DNA of 64,000 bases from an uncultured virus (IMG/VR IMGVR_UViG_3300023184_000084). Lineage: Duplodnaviria; Heunggongvirae; Uroviricota; Caudoviricetes. The DNA is taken from the IMG/VR virus record IMGVR_UViG_3300023184_000084; one strand, given 5' to 3'. The translations under genes and the position numbers were made by a program. Position 1 is the first letter of the stretch; each line of letters begins with the position of its first letter. The notes under the pieces are model-generated. The model searched no databases. It was not told the DNA's origin and saw nothing but the letters and a program-made list of their open reading frames with translations. This document shows positions 18,218 to 28,501 of the stretch, piece by piece.

Positions 18218-19789
18218 TCAAGGTCTCTGTTGTTGTAGGAAACTTATCAGACTTCCCACGGTTAGGTCAATTCCTCCTTTAGAATTGATTCCCGTTCCAT
18301 CCATTACTGCGTCTGCTACTGCATTTTTTTGTTGAAGCATTTCAAATTGTCGTTCTTCAATAGAGTCTTTTACAATAATATCTTGAATAATTATGCTTGG
18401 CCATCTACTTGATGCTCGTTTAATTCGTCCATTTCTTTGTACGGCTAAACCCGCAGACCAAGGCAGATCATAGTTTATTAACAAATTTGCAATAGGTAAA
18501 TCTACACCGTAGCCACCTGCATCTGATGAAATAAACACACGACAATCTGGGTCTGTAAGAAACTTTTCTTTACTTGCTTCTTTTTCTTTTGCATTCATAC
18601 TTCCCGTATATATAGTCCCACCAGTAACTTCTTGAATTCTAGAAAGCATGCCGACCCAAGATGTAAAGATAACTACTTTTGCTTCTGGATCAGTCTCTAA
18701 ATGATCAGCCACATAACTTTTTAATACATCTAATTTTGGTTGTTTAGTTATGTTTTCTAACAAAGAACGTTCTTTTAAACTGTATGCATAGGCACTGCCT
18801 TCGCCTTCTTGTTTTAAAAATTTTTCAGAACTATCGATCAATAAACTGGGATGATCACAAAGCATTCTTAAAGAAGTAATCTTAGACATAATAGAGCCCC
18901 GCATCATGTCTGCTGGACCACCTGGCTTACTATCGTGTCCGTAGTGTGCTAGTAAAGAAAAGTTTGCTCCAAGTAATTGTTGTGCTTCATATAATTCTTG
19001 ACTCAATTCATTAGCAATTAAGTTGTATAACTCAGAGGTTTTTGTGTCAAAAGAAATTTGAATTGGATCTAGATGAATTGTGTCGGGAAGATAAGGAGCG
19101 ACGTCTGGATCTGTTTGTACTTTTCGGACCGACGCTTCTTTCATTTTTGCGTGAAATATATTTAAGTTTCTATACCGTTGAACACCACCAAAGTGATTTC
19201 TTACAATAAAAGTTTGATCAAACAAATCAAATCTTCCAAGTAATTTTGGATCTACAAATTGCATAATGCTATACACCTCTTCTGGTTTACCATTCTCTAT
19301 TGGGGTGCCTGTAAGAGCAAATCTAATAGGTACATTTGCAGATAACTTTTTTACAGCCTTTGAACGTTTAGATCTAAAACCCTTTATTGCTGTAGCCTCA
19401 TCACACACTATTGCTCCCCAGTCTTCGTCTTTTATACAATCCCAATCATTAACAACTGTTTCGTAATTACAGATAATGTAATCTGAAGATCTTACTCCAC
19501 TAAGTTCTCTGTCCCAACGAATCCATCGAGTGCTTCTAGAACCATCTATAACTACGGTTCTTGCATCGGAAAACTTATTTATTTCTTTTTCCCATTGATA
19601 CTTTAAACTAGATAAAGCAATTATTAAAATAGGTTTAGTTAACTCTCCGTCCTCTTTTAATTTCTCAAGTGCGGCAATAGTCATACAGGTTTTTCCAAGA
19701 CCCATCTCATATGCAACAAGCATTTTTTTACTATTAACCATTTTGTCTACTGCTTCGGGTTGATATGGTTTTAAAATTCCTTTAAACAC
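18218..19789 (-). CDS. SNF2-family helicase
   Basis: EMGLGKT, CDEA, LTGTPIEN, QRNGRIKR. Confidence 0.92.
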   Translation of the reverse strand: MFKGILKPYQPEAVDKMVNSKKMLVAYEMGLGKTCMTIAALEKLKEDGELTKPILIIALSSLKYQWEKEINKFSDARTVVIDGSRSTRWIRWDRELSGVRSSDYIICNYETVVNDWDCIKDEDWGAIVCDEATAIKGFRSKRSKAVKKLSANVPIRFALTGTPIENGKPEEVYSIMQFVDPKLLGRFDLFDQTFIVRNHFGGVQRYRNLNIFHAKMKEASVRKVQTDPDVAPYLPDTIHLDPIQISFDTKTSELYNLIANELSQELYEAQQLLGANFSLLAHYGHDSKPGGPADMMRGSIMSKITSLRMLCDHPSLLIDSSEKFLKQEGEGSAYAYSLKERSLLENITKQPKLDVLKSYVADHLETDPEAKVVIFTSWVGMLSRIQEVTGGTIYTGSMNAKEKEASKEKFLTDPDCRVFISSDAGGYGVDLPIANLLINYDLPWSAGLAVQRNGRIKRASSRWPSIIIQDIIVKDSIEERQFEMLQQKNAVADAVMDGTGINSKGGIDLTVGSLISFLQQQRP

Positions 19790-19952
19790 TATCTATTGGC
19801 GTTGGAGCAGTTGCTAAACTGCCACACAAGGCGCACTCCATATCTAACATATATAAAGAGATTTCTCCATCTTCAAACATTACTTTGACACTCCACAAAG
19901 TAGAACCGCAAATACATACGTGTAAAGGTCGATCTTTATCTCTTAAGTCCAT
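19782..19952 (-). CDS. 56-aa zinc-binding protein (not in ORF track)
   Basis: MDLRDKDRPLHVCICGS...MECALCG..ATAPTP. Confidence 0.75.
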   Translation of the reverse strand: MDLRDKDRPLHVCICGSTLWSVKVMFEDGEISLYMLDMECALCGSLATAPTPIDSV

Positions 19953-20884
19953 TATAAATAAGCGGCTTTTCCATGCAACATGTGTTTTGCAGTTTCTAGT
20001 CCAGTCAATATTTCTGACGGAGTCATGTCTCCCACATCTTTTACATCAATACCTGTGTAATTAAAAAACAATAAATCAAAACCATATTTACGAGCATAGT
20101 CTCGTATTTGTTCACAGGCTTTTTTTCCAGCAGGATCATTATCAAATGCGGCTATTACTCTTTTTGCTCTACGAATTATTTTTGCTTGCTCTTCACTCAT
20201 CATTGCGCCATAAATTGATACGGACCCACAAATTCCGACAGACTCTAACCTCACCACATCTAAGGGAGATTCAACCACTATTAATTGTTCCTCGTTTAAA
20301 TGTTGAACTCCAAAAACAGTTTTAGATTTTTTAACTCCAGCAGGTTGATTTTTAAAAAATCTCCCTCTAGCGCCTTTTTCTTGCCAACCTAATAATGAAA
20401 AAGTTTCAGGATCACGAATAGGTAATATCCAAGCCTCATTTGTTTCGTCCCATAAAACTTCGTATTTATTTACGGCCTTTCGTGTTAAAAATCTTTTCTT
20501 TAGTTCTATGTCGGGCGGCTCTCCGTATACCGCTAATCTAGCCTCAGACATTGGTATGGTTTCTTCAGCAACAACGTACTGTGGTAACTCTTTAATTCTT
20601 TTCATTAAAGAATCAATAGGAACTTCTGCGGTATCGTCAATGTAGTCTCGTGCATCATGGTAATCAATACCTTTTATATCTGAAATTAAAGTATAGATAT
20701 TTCCTTTATAACCACAAGAAAAACAAATGTGAGCGCCTGTTTCAGAATTTATCCACCAAGAAGGCCTGTGATCATCTTTACCTGTTCTTTGTTTATGCAT
20801 TGGGCATAAACCATTAACTTCAGAACCTCTTTGTGCGTGAAGAGGTACCTCTAAAAATAAAAGAATTTTTTCTACATCAATCAC
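19952..20884 (-). CDS. DNA primase (CHC2 zinc finger + TOPRIM)
   Basis: CPMH...CFSC; VESPLD, FDNDPAG, KDVGD. Confidence 0.92.
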   Translation of the reverse strand: MIDVEKILLFLEVPLHAQRGSEVNGLCPMHKQRTGKDDHRPSWWINSETGAHICFSCGYKGNIYTLISDIKGIDYHDARDYIDDTAEVPIDSLMKRIKELPQYVVAEETIPMSEARLAVYGEPPDIELKKRFLTRKAVNKYEVLWDETNEAWILPIRDPETFSLLGWQEKGARGRFFKNQPAGVKKSKTVFGVQHLNEEQLIVVESPLDVVRLESVGICGSVSIYGAMMSEEQAKIIRRAKRVIAAFDNDPAGKKACEQIRDYARKYGFDLLFFNYTGIDVKDVGDMTPSEILTGLETAKHMLHGKAAYL

Positions 20885-22131
20885 ACACGGCCCCAATCAG
20901 AACAAAATTTGCATTTCATCATTTGTTCTTCGTCATGAAAGCAACCTGTTTCCCAACGCCAAGTTAAAGCAGTTTCACTAGGACCACAGTTACGGCTGGC
21001 AACAATTTTTAATAATCTAATATCTTCATCTTCTTCAACTGGCTCTAATCCTAAAATAACATCAGAGTCTTGAAAGAAAGAAGATGAGTAACCAATTGAG
21101 TCGGCAGTAACCTTTCCAGCACGCATTTTCCATAACAAGGTTTGTGTTGTAATGATGATTGGTTTGTTTACTCTTTGGGCTAACCGTTTTAACGATCGAG
21201 TAACATTTGTTATTGCTTGTGGTGTATTCATTTCTCCACTTACTTCATCCAACATTAAATAAACACCGTCTACAAATACTATGTCTGGTTTTGTTTGCTC
21301 AATCTTTGCTGCTAAGGCTGAGACCGTAATTCCATTTACAGCATCAATTAAATGAAAAGATGGTTCGGTTTCCATTTTATTTAAAATATCTATATACCTA
21401 TCTTCTTCTGCTGGTAATAGTTTTCCACGACGTAATCTGCCATGAGAAATATTTGCTCTCATTGCATCGTGTCTTTGTTGTTGTTCATGGTTGTTCATTT
21501 CAAAAGATTGAAACATTGGAATAAATCCCTGCATATGAACATTGACAGCCATCTTTAATGCAATCTGCGACTTACCAGTTTTTGGTGGAGCAATTATTGT
21601 TATTAATTGACCGCCTTGTAAACCTGCAGTTGCTTCGTCGATCTTTGAAAAACCAGTAGGAATACCTAAGAACTCTTCGTTCTGTAGGGCTTGATATTCT
21701 TTGTAACGTTGTTCTGTATTTTTAGTTAAATCTATTTCATGTGTGCCAAGAATGCCTTGTTCATTAACCTTGGTAATAGTTGCTTCCATCGCAAGAAGAG
21801 CGGCATCGTGATTATTGTCCTGTAATTGTTCAACTGCAGTTTCAAGTCCTTGTCGAGTAAGTAATCTGCGACGAAAGTCAACCATGGTATCCAAGAGGTA
21901 CTCAAGATTGTCTTGAACATCCAAAACTTTGTAATTGGGATAATGATCTTTGACTGTTACGGCAGTAGGAACTTCGCTGTACTCACCATAGTGTTTACGA
22001 ACGAATGACCATGCTTTACGGTTGTCGTCATCTAAAAACCAAGACTCATTAACACCACGCTGTAGTGCTGGAACGATGTCTCGATCACGGATGACCTTAC
22101 TGACTAAACGATGTTCGTTGTCAGATGCCAT
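20881..22131 (-). CDS. dnaB: DnaB-like replicative helicase
   Basis: GIPTGF, APPKTGKS, SFEM, FVDG, QDSD. Confidence 0.93.
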   Translation of the reverse strand: MASDNEHRLVSKVIRDRDIVPALQRGVNESWFLDDDNRKAWSFVRKHYGEYSEVPTAVTVKDHYPNYKVLDVQDNLEYLLDTMVDFRRRLLTRQGLETAVEQLQDNNHDAALLAMEATITKVNEQGILGTHEIDLTKNTEQRYKEYQALQNEEFLGIPTGFSKIDEATAGLQGGQLITIIAPPKTGKSQIALKMAVNVHMQGFIPMFQSFEMNNHEQQQRHDAMRANISHGRLRRGKLLPAEEDRYIDILNKMETEPSFHLIDAVNGITVSALAAKIEQTKPDIVFVDGVYLMLDEVSGEMNTPQAITNVTRSLKRLAQRVNKPIIITTQTLLWKMRAGKVTADSIGYSSSFFQDSDVILGLEPVEEDEDIRLLKIVASRNCGPSETALTWRWETGCFHDEEQMMKCKFCSDWGRV

Positions 22132-22144
22132 TTAGTGCCCCCTC

Positions 22145-22561
22145 TTACAAGTTATCTAGTTCTATTCCTGCTGATCCGTATCTTGCTACTCTCCATTGAA
22201 CATCTACTACGCCACGAAGATTAGCACGGTAAGGAAGTTTTCTAACTAACTCACCTGGGTCCTCGTAGAGGTTCCAATAGTTAAATGGATTGACTACTTC
22301 TCTTTCTAACTTTTCAAAGGCTTTTTCAAGTAACTCTTTGGTCCACCCTTGATCAGCATAACCTGCTAACTCTAAAGAGATACCATAATTGTTTGATAAC
22401 AACCAGAGTTTGTTAGCACCCTGAAGATTTATTTCCCCTAACTTTAAGCCAACTTTTGTAACTAATAATTTCTTAGTAACTTCTTCTACTAAAGGAATTA
22501 CTACATCTGTTACACAAATGACTTGCGGAGAGGAGACGTTTGATATGTCTCCATTTTTCAT
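22145..22561 (-). CDS. hypothetical protein
   Basis: 138 aa, coupled. Confidence 0.7.
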   Translation of the reverse strand: MKNGDISNVSSPQVICVTDVVIPLVEEVTKKLLVTKVGLKLGEINLQGANKLWLLSNNYGISLELAGYADQGWTKELLEKAFEKLEREVVNPFNYWNLYEDPGELVRKLPYRANLRGVVDVQWRVARYGSAGIELDNL

Positions 22562-22866
22562 AGTACCTCGACTTTAGCATACCTAACTACAAAATCACGA
22601 AATGTCTTTGGGTCAGAGTTGGCTTGTGAGGCTAACTCTTCTGGGATTTCTTCTGGCACAAGGATCGAATAATGTCCGTTGTTCATTCTCATTTTATTGT
22701 TAACAAAAGAGACGTGCTTACACTTTAAACTCTTTTTCCAAACAGGGCAACTACACCTGACTCTTTTTGTTCCAGTATCAACCTCAACCTCAAACACGCC
22801 CGCAGCCTGAGAAGAGATAAACAATTGAACTGTCCGCCAAGGACTATCCATGCTCATCCCTTTCAT
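22558..22866 (-). CDS. SWIM zinc-finger protein
   Basis: CSCP...CKH. Confidence 0.75.
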   Translation of the reverse strand: MKGMSMDSPWRTVQLFISSQAAGVFEVEVDTGTKRVRCSCPVWKKSLKCKHVSFVNNKMRMNNGHYSILVPEEIPEELASQANSDPKTFRDFVVRYAKVEVL

Positions 22867-23585
22867 TGTGCTGCTCTTAAATCTGCACCGACTATTGGAA
22901 CTCGAATAAAGGCTTCGTTAGCAAAACTTGCCATTGCTTCCTTATACTCTGCTTCCCAATTCTCTAATTTTACATTGGTTGTAATAATTGTTGGCAGAGC
23001 CTTGTCGTATCTAAGACGTAGTATCTCATCAAATGATGAGTCATCGTACTTAGAACCGTATTCTTTTCCTAAGTCATCGATTACAAGAATTCTTACATTT
23101 AACCAATCAAATTTAGATCTGCCATGAAAGCCATCTATCTCATAGACAGATTGCTTCTTATCTTCAAAGTCTGAATCAAAGGTTGCTTTCTTTCTAGATA
23201 AGAATTCAGGATAAGTCATGTAGTACACGGGCCTAGCGCCAAGACCAAAGTCAGATGCGCTCATGCCCAATACTCTTGCAGCATCAGCATCAGTATCAGG
23301 AAGGCGGCGAACAAACTCCATAGCAGCAACTACTGCGTGGGTCGTCTTACCAATTCCAGGTCCGCCATCAAATAGAAGACCAACTCCATTAACTCCGATA
23401 TGGCCGATCTGCTTTATAACCTGACCGCTCACACAGTCATCTATCCACGTACTCACCTCGTCAGGAAAGGATCCCGCTCTGTCCACAAGGTCTTGTGGCT
23501 CAAGGCCGAGGAAGCGACGTGGGATATTTGAGTTACGTAGTAGCCAGTGCTTCTTTAAGGCTGAGAGTTGATTGATGTCATACAT
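22863..23585 (-). CDS. DnaC/IstB-like AAA+ helicase loader
   Basis: GGPGIGKT, LVIDDLGKE, PTIITTN. Confidence 0.88.
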   Translation of the reverse strand: MYDINQLSALKKHWLLRNSNIPRRFLGLEPQDLVDRAGSFPDEVSTWIDDCVSGQVIKQIGHIGVNGVGLLFDGGPGIGKTTHAVVAAMEFVRRLPDTDADAARVLGMSASDFGLGARPVYYMTYPEFLSRKKATFDSDFEDKKQSVYEIDGFHGRSKFDWLNVRILVIDDLGKEYGSKYDDSSFDEILRLRYDKALPTIITTNVKLENWEAEYKEAMASFANEAFIRVPIVGADLRAAQ

Positions 23586-23724
23586 CGTCGTCTTCAAACT
23601 CATACTCATACATACCGCCATAGCGCATGCCTATATTTAGGATCCAGGAACCAATCATTATCATTACATCGCCAAAAAATCTAAGCGCTCTATTATTAGT
23701 TGGATAAATTAATCTGTTATTCAT
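23578..23724 (-). CDS. 48-aa hypothetical protein (not in ORF track)
   Basis: MNNRLIYPTNN...EFEDDDV fills the gap with overlapping junctions. Confidence 0.6.
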   Translation of the reverse strand: MNNRLIYPTNNRALRFFGDVMIMIGSWILNIGMRYGGMYEYEFEDDDV

Positions 23725-23866
23725 CTGACCCTCTATCTACTATGACCTTTTCCCAATCGGTATTACAAGAGTAACACTTAAAATCCATATTCATGCTACC
23801 TCGTTCAACTGCTACGCCTTGTGTCTTGTCTTTACAAAAAGGGCAAAAGAAACTGAACTCGAGCAT
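23717..23866 (-). CDS. 49-aa zinc-ribbon protein (not in ORF track)
   Basis: MLEFSFFCPFC...CYSC. Confidence 0.7.
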   Translation of the reverse strand: MLEFSFFCPFCKDKTQGVAVERGSMNMDFKCYSCNTDWEKVIVDRGSDE

Positions 23867-23869
23867 TAT

Positions 23870-24151
23870 TTAAGATCTAAAAGTTACAACACCAACAAAT
23901 GATGTTGGTTTGCCCTTTGCATCTTTGCCTTCGCCTGCAATCATCTTCACGCTCTTGCGTGGTGTAAGTGCTTGCACTTGGCTCTTGATCCATCGCTTAC
24001 CTGCTGAGGCATTAGACCATGCAGCCATATTAACTACATCTGAACCCTCAATACCTTCAGTTGTAACATTTACAATCGCCATCCATGCACCACCCTTTTC
24101 GGTGTTCTTGTTTAGATTTGCGGTAAATGTCTTTACTACTTTTCTAGCCAT
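23870..24151 (-). CDS. hypothetical basic protein
   Basis: Start MARKVVK; AAGGAG RBS. Confidence 0.75.
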   Translation of the reverse strand: MARKVVKTFTANLNKNTEKGGAWMAIVNVTTEGIEGSDVVNMAAWSNASAGKRWIKSQVQALTPRKSVKMIAGEGKDAKGKPTSFVGVVTFRS

Positions 24152-25130
24152 TTGCATTCTCCTTTAGTCGTTGTTCGTATCTTGCTAGTTGTGCTCTACC
24201 AGAAAGTGAATTCTGGAAAGTACGTCCATCGCTTGCTTTTAATGTTCCCATCTTAACAGTTGTATCGACTGGGGCATTAATTTTATTTAGGCCAAGATTT
24301 TCTCTGGCTTGATTCATCTTCTTTCCAAATGAAGCAAGGAACATCTTATACAGAAGCGGTGCTTCACTGCCAATGTTTTGGAAATTTCTTTCATCTGCCA
24401 TAAAGAGTTTTAGCAACTCTAACTCAATTAGAGCATTGGTGTCATATTGCTTTCTGAATTTGGCAAGGGCTCCTGCAAGTTGCTTGACGCTAACTGTTCC
24501 AGGGAGTAGTGGGTACTTGCGCCCGACACGAAAAGAAAACTCTGCAGCGACATCCATTGGGGTCCACTCATGCTCTGGTCGTCGTCCCCTAGTCTTAGGA
24601 TCGGATTTTCGGATCTTAGGCTGCGCCGCATCCTTTGGTTCGACCAGTCCAAAGCCTGCCAGATTGTCTCCATCATCTTCCCATTTTCTCATAGGTACTC
24701 GTATCTCTTTCATTAGAATCCCTTTGGATTCAGAATCTTTTAATTTATTACTATCTTTACTATTAGGTACTAATGACTTATTAGTCATACTATTATGTGA
24801 CTTATAGTCATGTGAGGTGCGGTAATTTTCAGTGCGGTAATCTACTGCATCCTTTTCTGTAGTGCGGTAATTTTCCACCACTTCATACCAGTCCATACCT
24901 TTAAAACCATTAGCCCTCTTGCTAGGAGTTCTAATAAGTAGCCCATGCTTCTCTAAGGCTTTGAGAGCACTTCTAACGGTTCGGTCAGAAGTTTTGTTAG
25001 TCTGTCTACACAACTCCTCTACTGAGGTCTTAAAACGGTCTTTGGAGCCCGATAAATGGCAGATTACAGCAAGCAGTCGGAACTGATAATCGGTAAGGGG
25101 GGCTGAATAAGCCTCTAAAGGGATTTTCAA
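24144..25130 (-). CDS. HTH replication initiator-like protein
   Basis: N-terminal winged HTH (RTVRSALKALEKHGLL), internal iterons, upstream of loader/helicase/primase. Confidence 0.7.
   Translation of the reverse strand: MKIPLEAYSAPLTDYQFRLLAVICHLSGSKDRFKTSVEELCRQTNKTSDRTVRSALKALEKHGLLIRTPSKRANGFKGMDWYEVVENYRTTEKDAVDYRTENYRTSHDYKSHNSMTNKSLVPNSKDSNKLKDSESKGILMKEIRVPMRKWEDDGDNLAGFGLVEPKDAAQPKIRKSDPKTRGRRPEHEWTPMDVAAEFSFRVGRKYPLLPGTVSVKQLAGALAKFRKQYDTNALIELELLKLFMADERNFQNIGSEAPLLYKMFLASFGKKMNQARENLGLNKINAPVDTTVKMGTLKASDGRTFQNSLSGRAQLARYEQRLKENANG
24773..24875. repeat. putative replication origin (iterons + palindromes)
   Basis: GTGCGGTAAT at 24817, 24832, 24862; TGACT-N3/4-AGTCA palindromes at 24773-24788 and 24798-24810; AT-rich flank. 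Confidence 0.6.
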
Positions 25131-25717
25131 GGGTTGTCTTCCTTAAAGGGGGATATGTCTTTGCCCCCGTCTCCCTCTTCAATACGCTTGGCTACTTCAA
25201 TGGCTAGCACATCAAGCACCGTAGTCATTATGTAGTCAGCCATGTGTTCCACAAAGACACCCATACTATCCATCATTGCGGTATACAGTTCGTCAGTTCC
25301 TACCTCTGAGTAATCGACCTCAATCTTATCTAATCCTTCTGAGATATCCCAGACCTCTATACCAAAATCTTCAACAGCGCCAAGTATTAGATGAGCCTGT
25401 GTCGAGTTGTCCCACGCTATTCCAATTACATCATTAGGAGTTATCTGGCGAATAATTTCTTTTACTGGGTTATCGGTAATAACTATGTCATCGGCAGCAA
25501 TAAGTAGATGATCTATTTCAAAAGCATTTACTATAAAACAAGTTACCTTTATAGAGTGCTTCTTACATACCTCTATAACACTCTCAGCAAAATGGTTTTC
25601 ATTTCCCGTTACTGGAATAAAGACCTTTAACTCATTAGTTGCGCCGTATTTATTAATGAGGGCCTCCATACCCTCATCAACACATACGTCTTCAAAAGAG
25701 ATAACTCCAATATTCAT
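25127..25717 (-). CDS. hypothetical acidic protein
   Basis: 196 aa; AGGAGG RBS. Confidence 0.75.
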   Translation of the reverse strand: MNIGVISFEDVCVDEGMEALINKYGATNELKVFIPVTGNENHFAESVIEVCKKHSIKVTCFIVNAFEIDHLLIAADDIVITDNPVKEIIRQITPNDVIGIAWDNSTQAHLILGAVEDFGIEVWDISEGLDKIEVDYSEVGTDELYTAMMDSMGVFVEHMADYIMTTVLDVLAIEVAKRIEEGDGGKDISPFKEDNP

Positions 25718-25724
25718 ACGCCTC

Positions 25725-26003
25725 CTACAGTTGTGATAAACGAGTAGGTGATTTAATCACTACTGGTTTGTTTAAGTACATTCCTATTGCTAAAGATACA
25801 AAGGTTGCTGCAGGAACTAAAACAAAGAAATCATAATACAAATCCATTTGCGCCCAAAGACCTAAGAAACTTAGAGGTAGTGCAAAGTATTTGTTTAAGG
25901 TTGGCTTAGTAATAAAGCCAGAAATAAATAGATCTAGAAACTCAATTACGTAAGTAACTGCCATTCCTGTGAGTAGTACTGGGATAACTATGTCTGTAGT
26001 CAT
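25725..26003 (-). CDS. small multi-pass membrane protein (holin candidate)
   Basis: Three hydrophobic segments; follows tail genes. Confidence 0.5.
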   Translation of the reverse strand: MTTDIVIPVLLTGMAVTYVIEFLDLFISGFITKPTLNKYFALPLSFLGLWAQMDLYYDFFVLVPAATFVSLAIGMYLNKPVVIKSPTRLSQL

Positions 26004-26014
26004 AGCCCAAGATC

Positions 26015-27973
26015 CTACACCGTAGTGGTGGTGTACTCCACTCCATCATAGGTGCGTAATCTCCAGAAGGCATTCTGGGGTACCCAGTCATTCATAGTCT
26101 TACCTAATCTAGGAACTTTTTTAGGTTTATTTGGGTACAAATGGGTATAAGAAGCATCATCAGTTCCTTCCCAAACCGCTCCATACTCTGAAGGCAATGA
26201 CCCATCAAAGTAATCTGTGGCTACCTGAGATTGTTCAAACTGAATCAAATCAAGAAAAATGGTTCCAGCGGTAGTTCCATAAAAAGAAACCTTGGCGTAA
26301 GAAGCATTTGATGCGGAATCTGTTAATCCAGTTAAAGTAAAATTTGCAAAAGATGTGGTTACAGATATAACTTCAGTCACTGTTTCTACAATAGAATCAG
26401 CATCATTGTAAAAAGTAATTTTTAAATTTGCAGATAAAGCGGCCAACGCTTTTATGGATGCAGATACTGTGTAATATTTTCCAACAGTAATAGGTATCTC
26501 ATAGTCAGTAGTAATACTCCATGGGTTTGTTACTACAAATCGACCACTGTAATCTCCTGAATATCCATATGTTGGAACACTAGAGTTTCGTGTAAAGGTT
26601 GCTCCACTTAATGCCCATGTAGTTGAGTTAACTTCAAAGGATGGATTTTTAATATAATTTGTTTTTAAAGGATTTAAAAACACATCAATAGCACGTGCTT
26701 CATCGTAAGCAACGACGGCGCCCTCCTGCATACAGACCTGGTCTATATAATAAGTACCAGCAGCGCTATATGCAATAGTTATAATTGCATATGAAGAAGT
26801 AGCATCTGATGTTGCAGTTTTGCTTGCAGACTTCCAAGTATTATTAGCAGCAACAGCGGTAGCGGTATTTGCTGCAGAAGTTGGTGTTCCATCTTTGTCA
26901 TAAAATCTTACTGATAAAGTTATGTTACCTGCACTTGCAGGAGACTTTAATTTGCACGAAACCACGTATCCAGTGCTAGGTAATACTGGAACACCTTTTG
27001 TAATTATGTTTGTGGCACCCAGTACCATGCTGCCAGATCCAGATGCAACTATCTTTCCAGTCTTTGTCGTATCTATTTGATTTGTATTTGAGTCAGGAAC
27101 TTGCTCAGTGCTAGAGGTTAGTACTGCGTTACTAGCAACCCAATTACCAATTCCTCCATAAAAAGTAGAGTCTTGAACTGTTAATAATAAGTTTTCAGAA
27201 ACAGTAATAGTTGGATCAAATCCAGTCAATGATTCAGCATATGTTTCAATACCGTTTTGAGTTCCTTTATGAGTATACATGTAAAGGGCTTCACGAACTA
27301 ATCTTTTTTGATTTTTAATTGGCAAAGCAGACTCTGGAAGTAATCCGTAGTTTGCAACTTCTGCTGGTATTAATTCAAAAGGAGTTTCTAACCCCGTATG
27401 TCTTGGCTTTAATAGATCAATCAAAGTGTATAATTCTTCTTGAGCAAAAGTTAATCCCGACATAAATTTATAAAGGTCAGAATCTACATCAACTGCTCCC
27501 AGGGGTTCTTGAGATTTGCTTGTAAAAACTCTTGGAATAGTTGCCATAAACTTATCTTGTATACCGTGGTCTGATGGAACAATCGCTGTAATAGAACCAG
27601 CAACTTTCCAGATTAAAGTATTAGTAAACAAAAACATTCTGTAATAAACTTGTCTGCCAGGAACTAAAGGTATATCTGTTGGGTTATCTTCTCCATCAAT
27701 AATTGATGTTCTACTAACAGTTCCTTCTGTTGCAAATTCATCATAAATAATTACGCCGTCTTCAGAAGTTTCGGGAAATCCTGCTTGATTTCTTACAAGT
27801 CTTATGCGAGTAAATTCACCTCTAGGGGTTTGCCATTCAACAAGCACTTTCGAAAAAGAAGACACCGTAGATAGTTCTGTTGCCAATACTGACATTGGTT
27901 GAACAGAGAATCTAAGATTAACAAAAGACCCATAACTAGATGAGCCGTAATAATTTACGCCATATTTTGCCAC
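26015..27973 (-). CDS. baseplate/tail protein (P2 gpI-like domain + carbohydrate-binding-like domains)
   Basis: Y.HKGT..GI motif; N..KNPSFE and Q.E....T.YFDG CBM-like repeats. Confidence 0.75.
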   Translation of the reverse strand: MAKYGVNYYGSSSYGSFVNLRFSVQPMSVLATELSTVSSFSKVLVEWQTPRGEFTRIRLVRNQAGFPETSEDGVIIYDEFATEGTVSRTSIIDGEDNPTDIPLVPGRQVYYRMFLFTNTLIWKVAGSITAIVPSDHGIQDKFMATIPRVFTSKSQEPLGAVDVDSDLYKFMSGLTFAQEELYTLIDLLKPRHTGLETPFELIPAEVANYGLLPESALPIKNQKRLVREALYMYTHKGTQNGIETYAESLTGFDPTITVSENLLLTVQDSTFYGGIGNWVASNAVLTSSTEQVPDSNTNQIDTTKTGKIVASGSGSMVLGATNIITKGVPVLPSTGYVVSCKLKSPASAGNITLSVRFYDKDGTPTSAANTATAVAANNTWKSASKTATSDATSSYAIITIAYSAAGTYYIDQVCMQEGAVVAYDEARAIDVFLNPLKTNYIKNPSFEVNSTTWALSGATFTRNSSVPTYGYSGDYSGRFVVTNPWSITTDYEIPITVGKYYTVSASIKALAALSANLKITFYNDADSIVETVTEVISVTTSFANFTLTGLTDSASNASYAKVSFYGTTAGTIFLDLIQFEQSQVATDYFDGSLPSEYGAVWEGTDDASYTHLYPNKPKKVPRLGKTMNDWVPQNAFWRLRTYDGVEYTTTTV

Positions 27974-27985
27974 TAGGGAATCCCC

Positions 27986-28435
27986 TTAACAGCCAGAAAG
28001 CAAGAACTGACTAAAGTTATCTGATTGGGTATTTGCTGGAGCCCAAGATGCACTTGAGCCATTAGTTGTTAAATAGTAACCGTTATTTCCAGTTTGAGAT
28101 GGTAAAGCATTTATGGTTGTCCAAGAAGTTGCATAATCACTACCAGATGATTTAGTTAATACTTGACCTGTAGATCCACCACTGGGCACTGCTCCCCAGA
28201 CATCTGTTAACCCGTACTCAATATTAGTAATTCTATCTTTTAAAGTATTCCAAGCCGTGGTTACGGTGTCATAGTTACCTACACCACCAGAGCCTGTCTT
28301 TATATTAGTTCCGAGGTTAGCCTGTATAGAATTTACTTCTTCTTGAAGGCTATTAACGTGTTCGGCCAGAACGGTATCAGTAAAGTCAACTTTTGTAGTA
28401 AAAGACTTTACCGATGCTGGATATGATGCTGTCAC
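27986..28435 (-). CDS. minor tail protein
   Basis: AEHVNSLQEEV; GG.TGQVL.K fibre-type motifs. Confidence 0.7.
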   Translation of the reverse strand: MTASYPASVKSFTTKVDFTDTVLAEHVNSLQEEVNSIQANLGTNIKTGSGGVGNYDTVTTAWNTLKDRITNIEYGLTDVWGAVPSGGSTGQVLTKSSGSDYATSWTTINALPSQTGNNGYYLTTNGSSASWAPANTQSDNFSQFLLSGC

Positions 28436-28501
28436 TTAATTTCCTCTCAGACCTAACGGTCTATTTTCTCTTGTTTGTCTCCTATTTACTGTCTTAACTC
28501 C

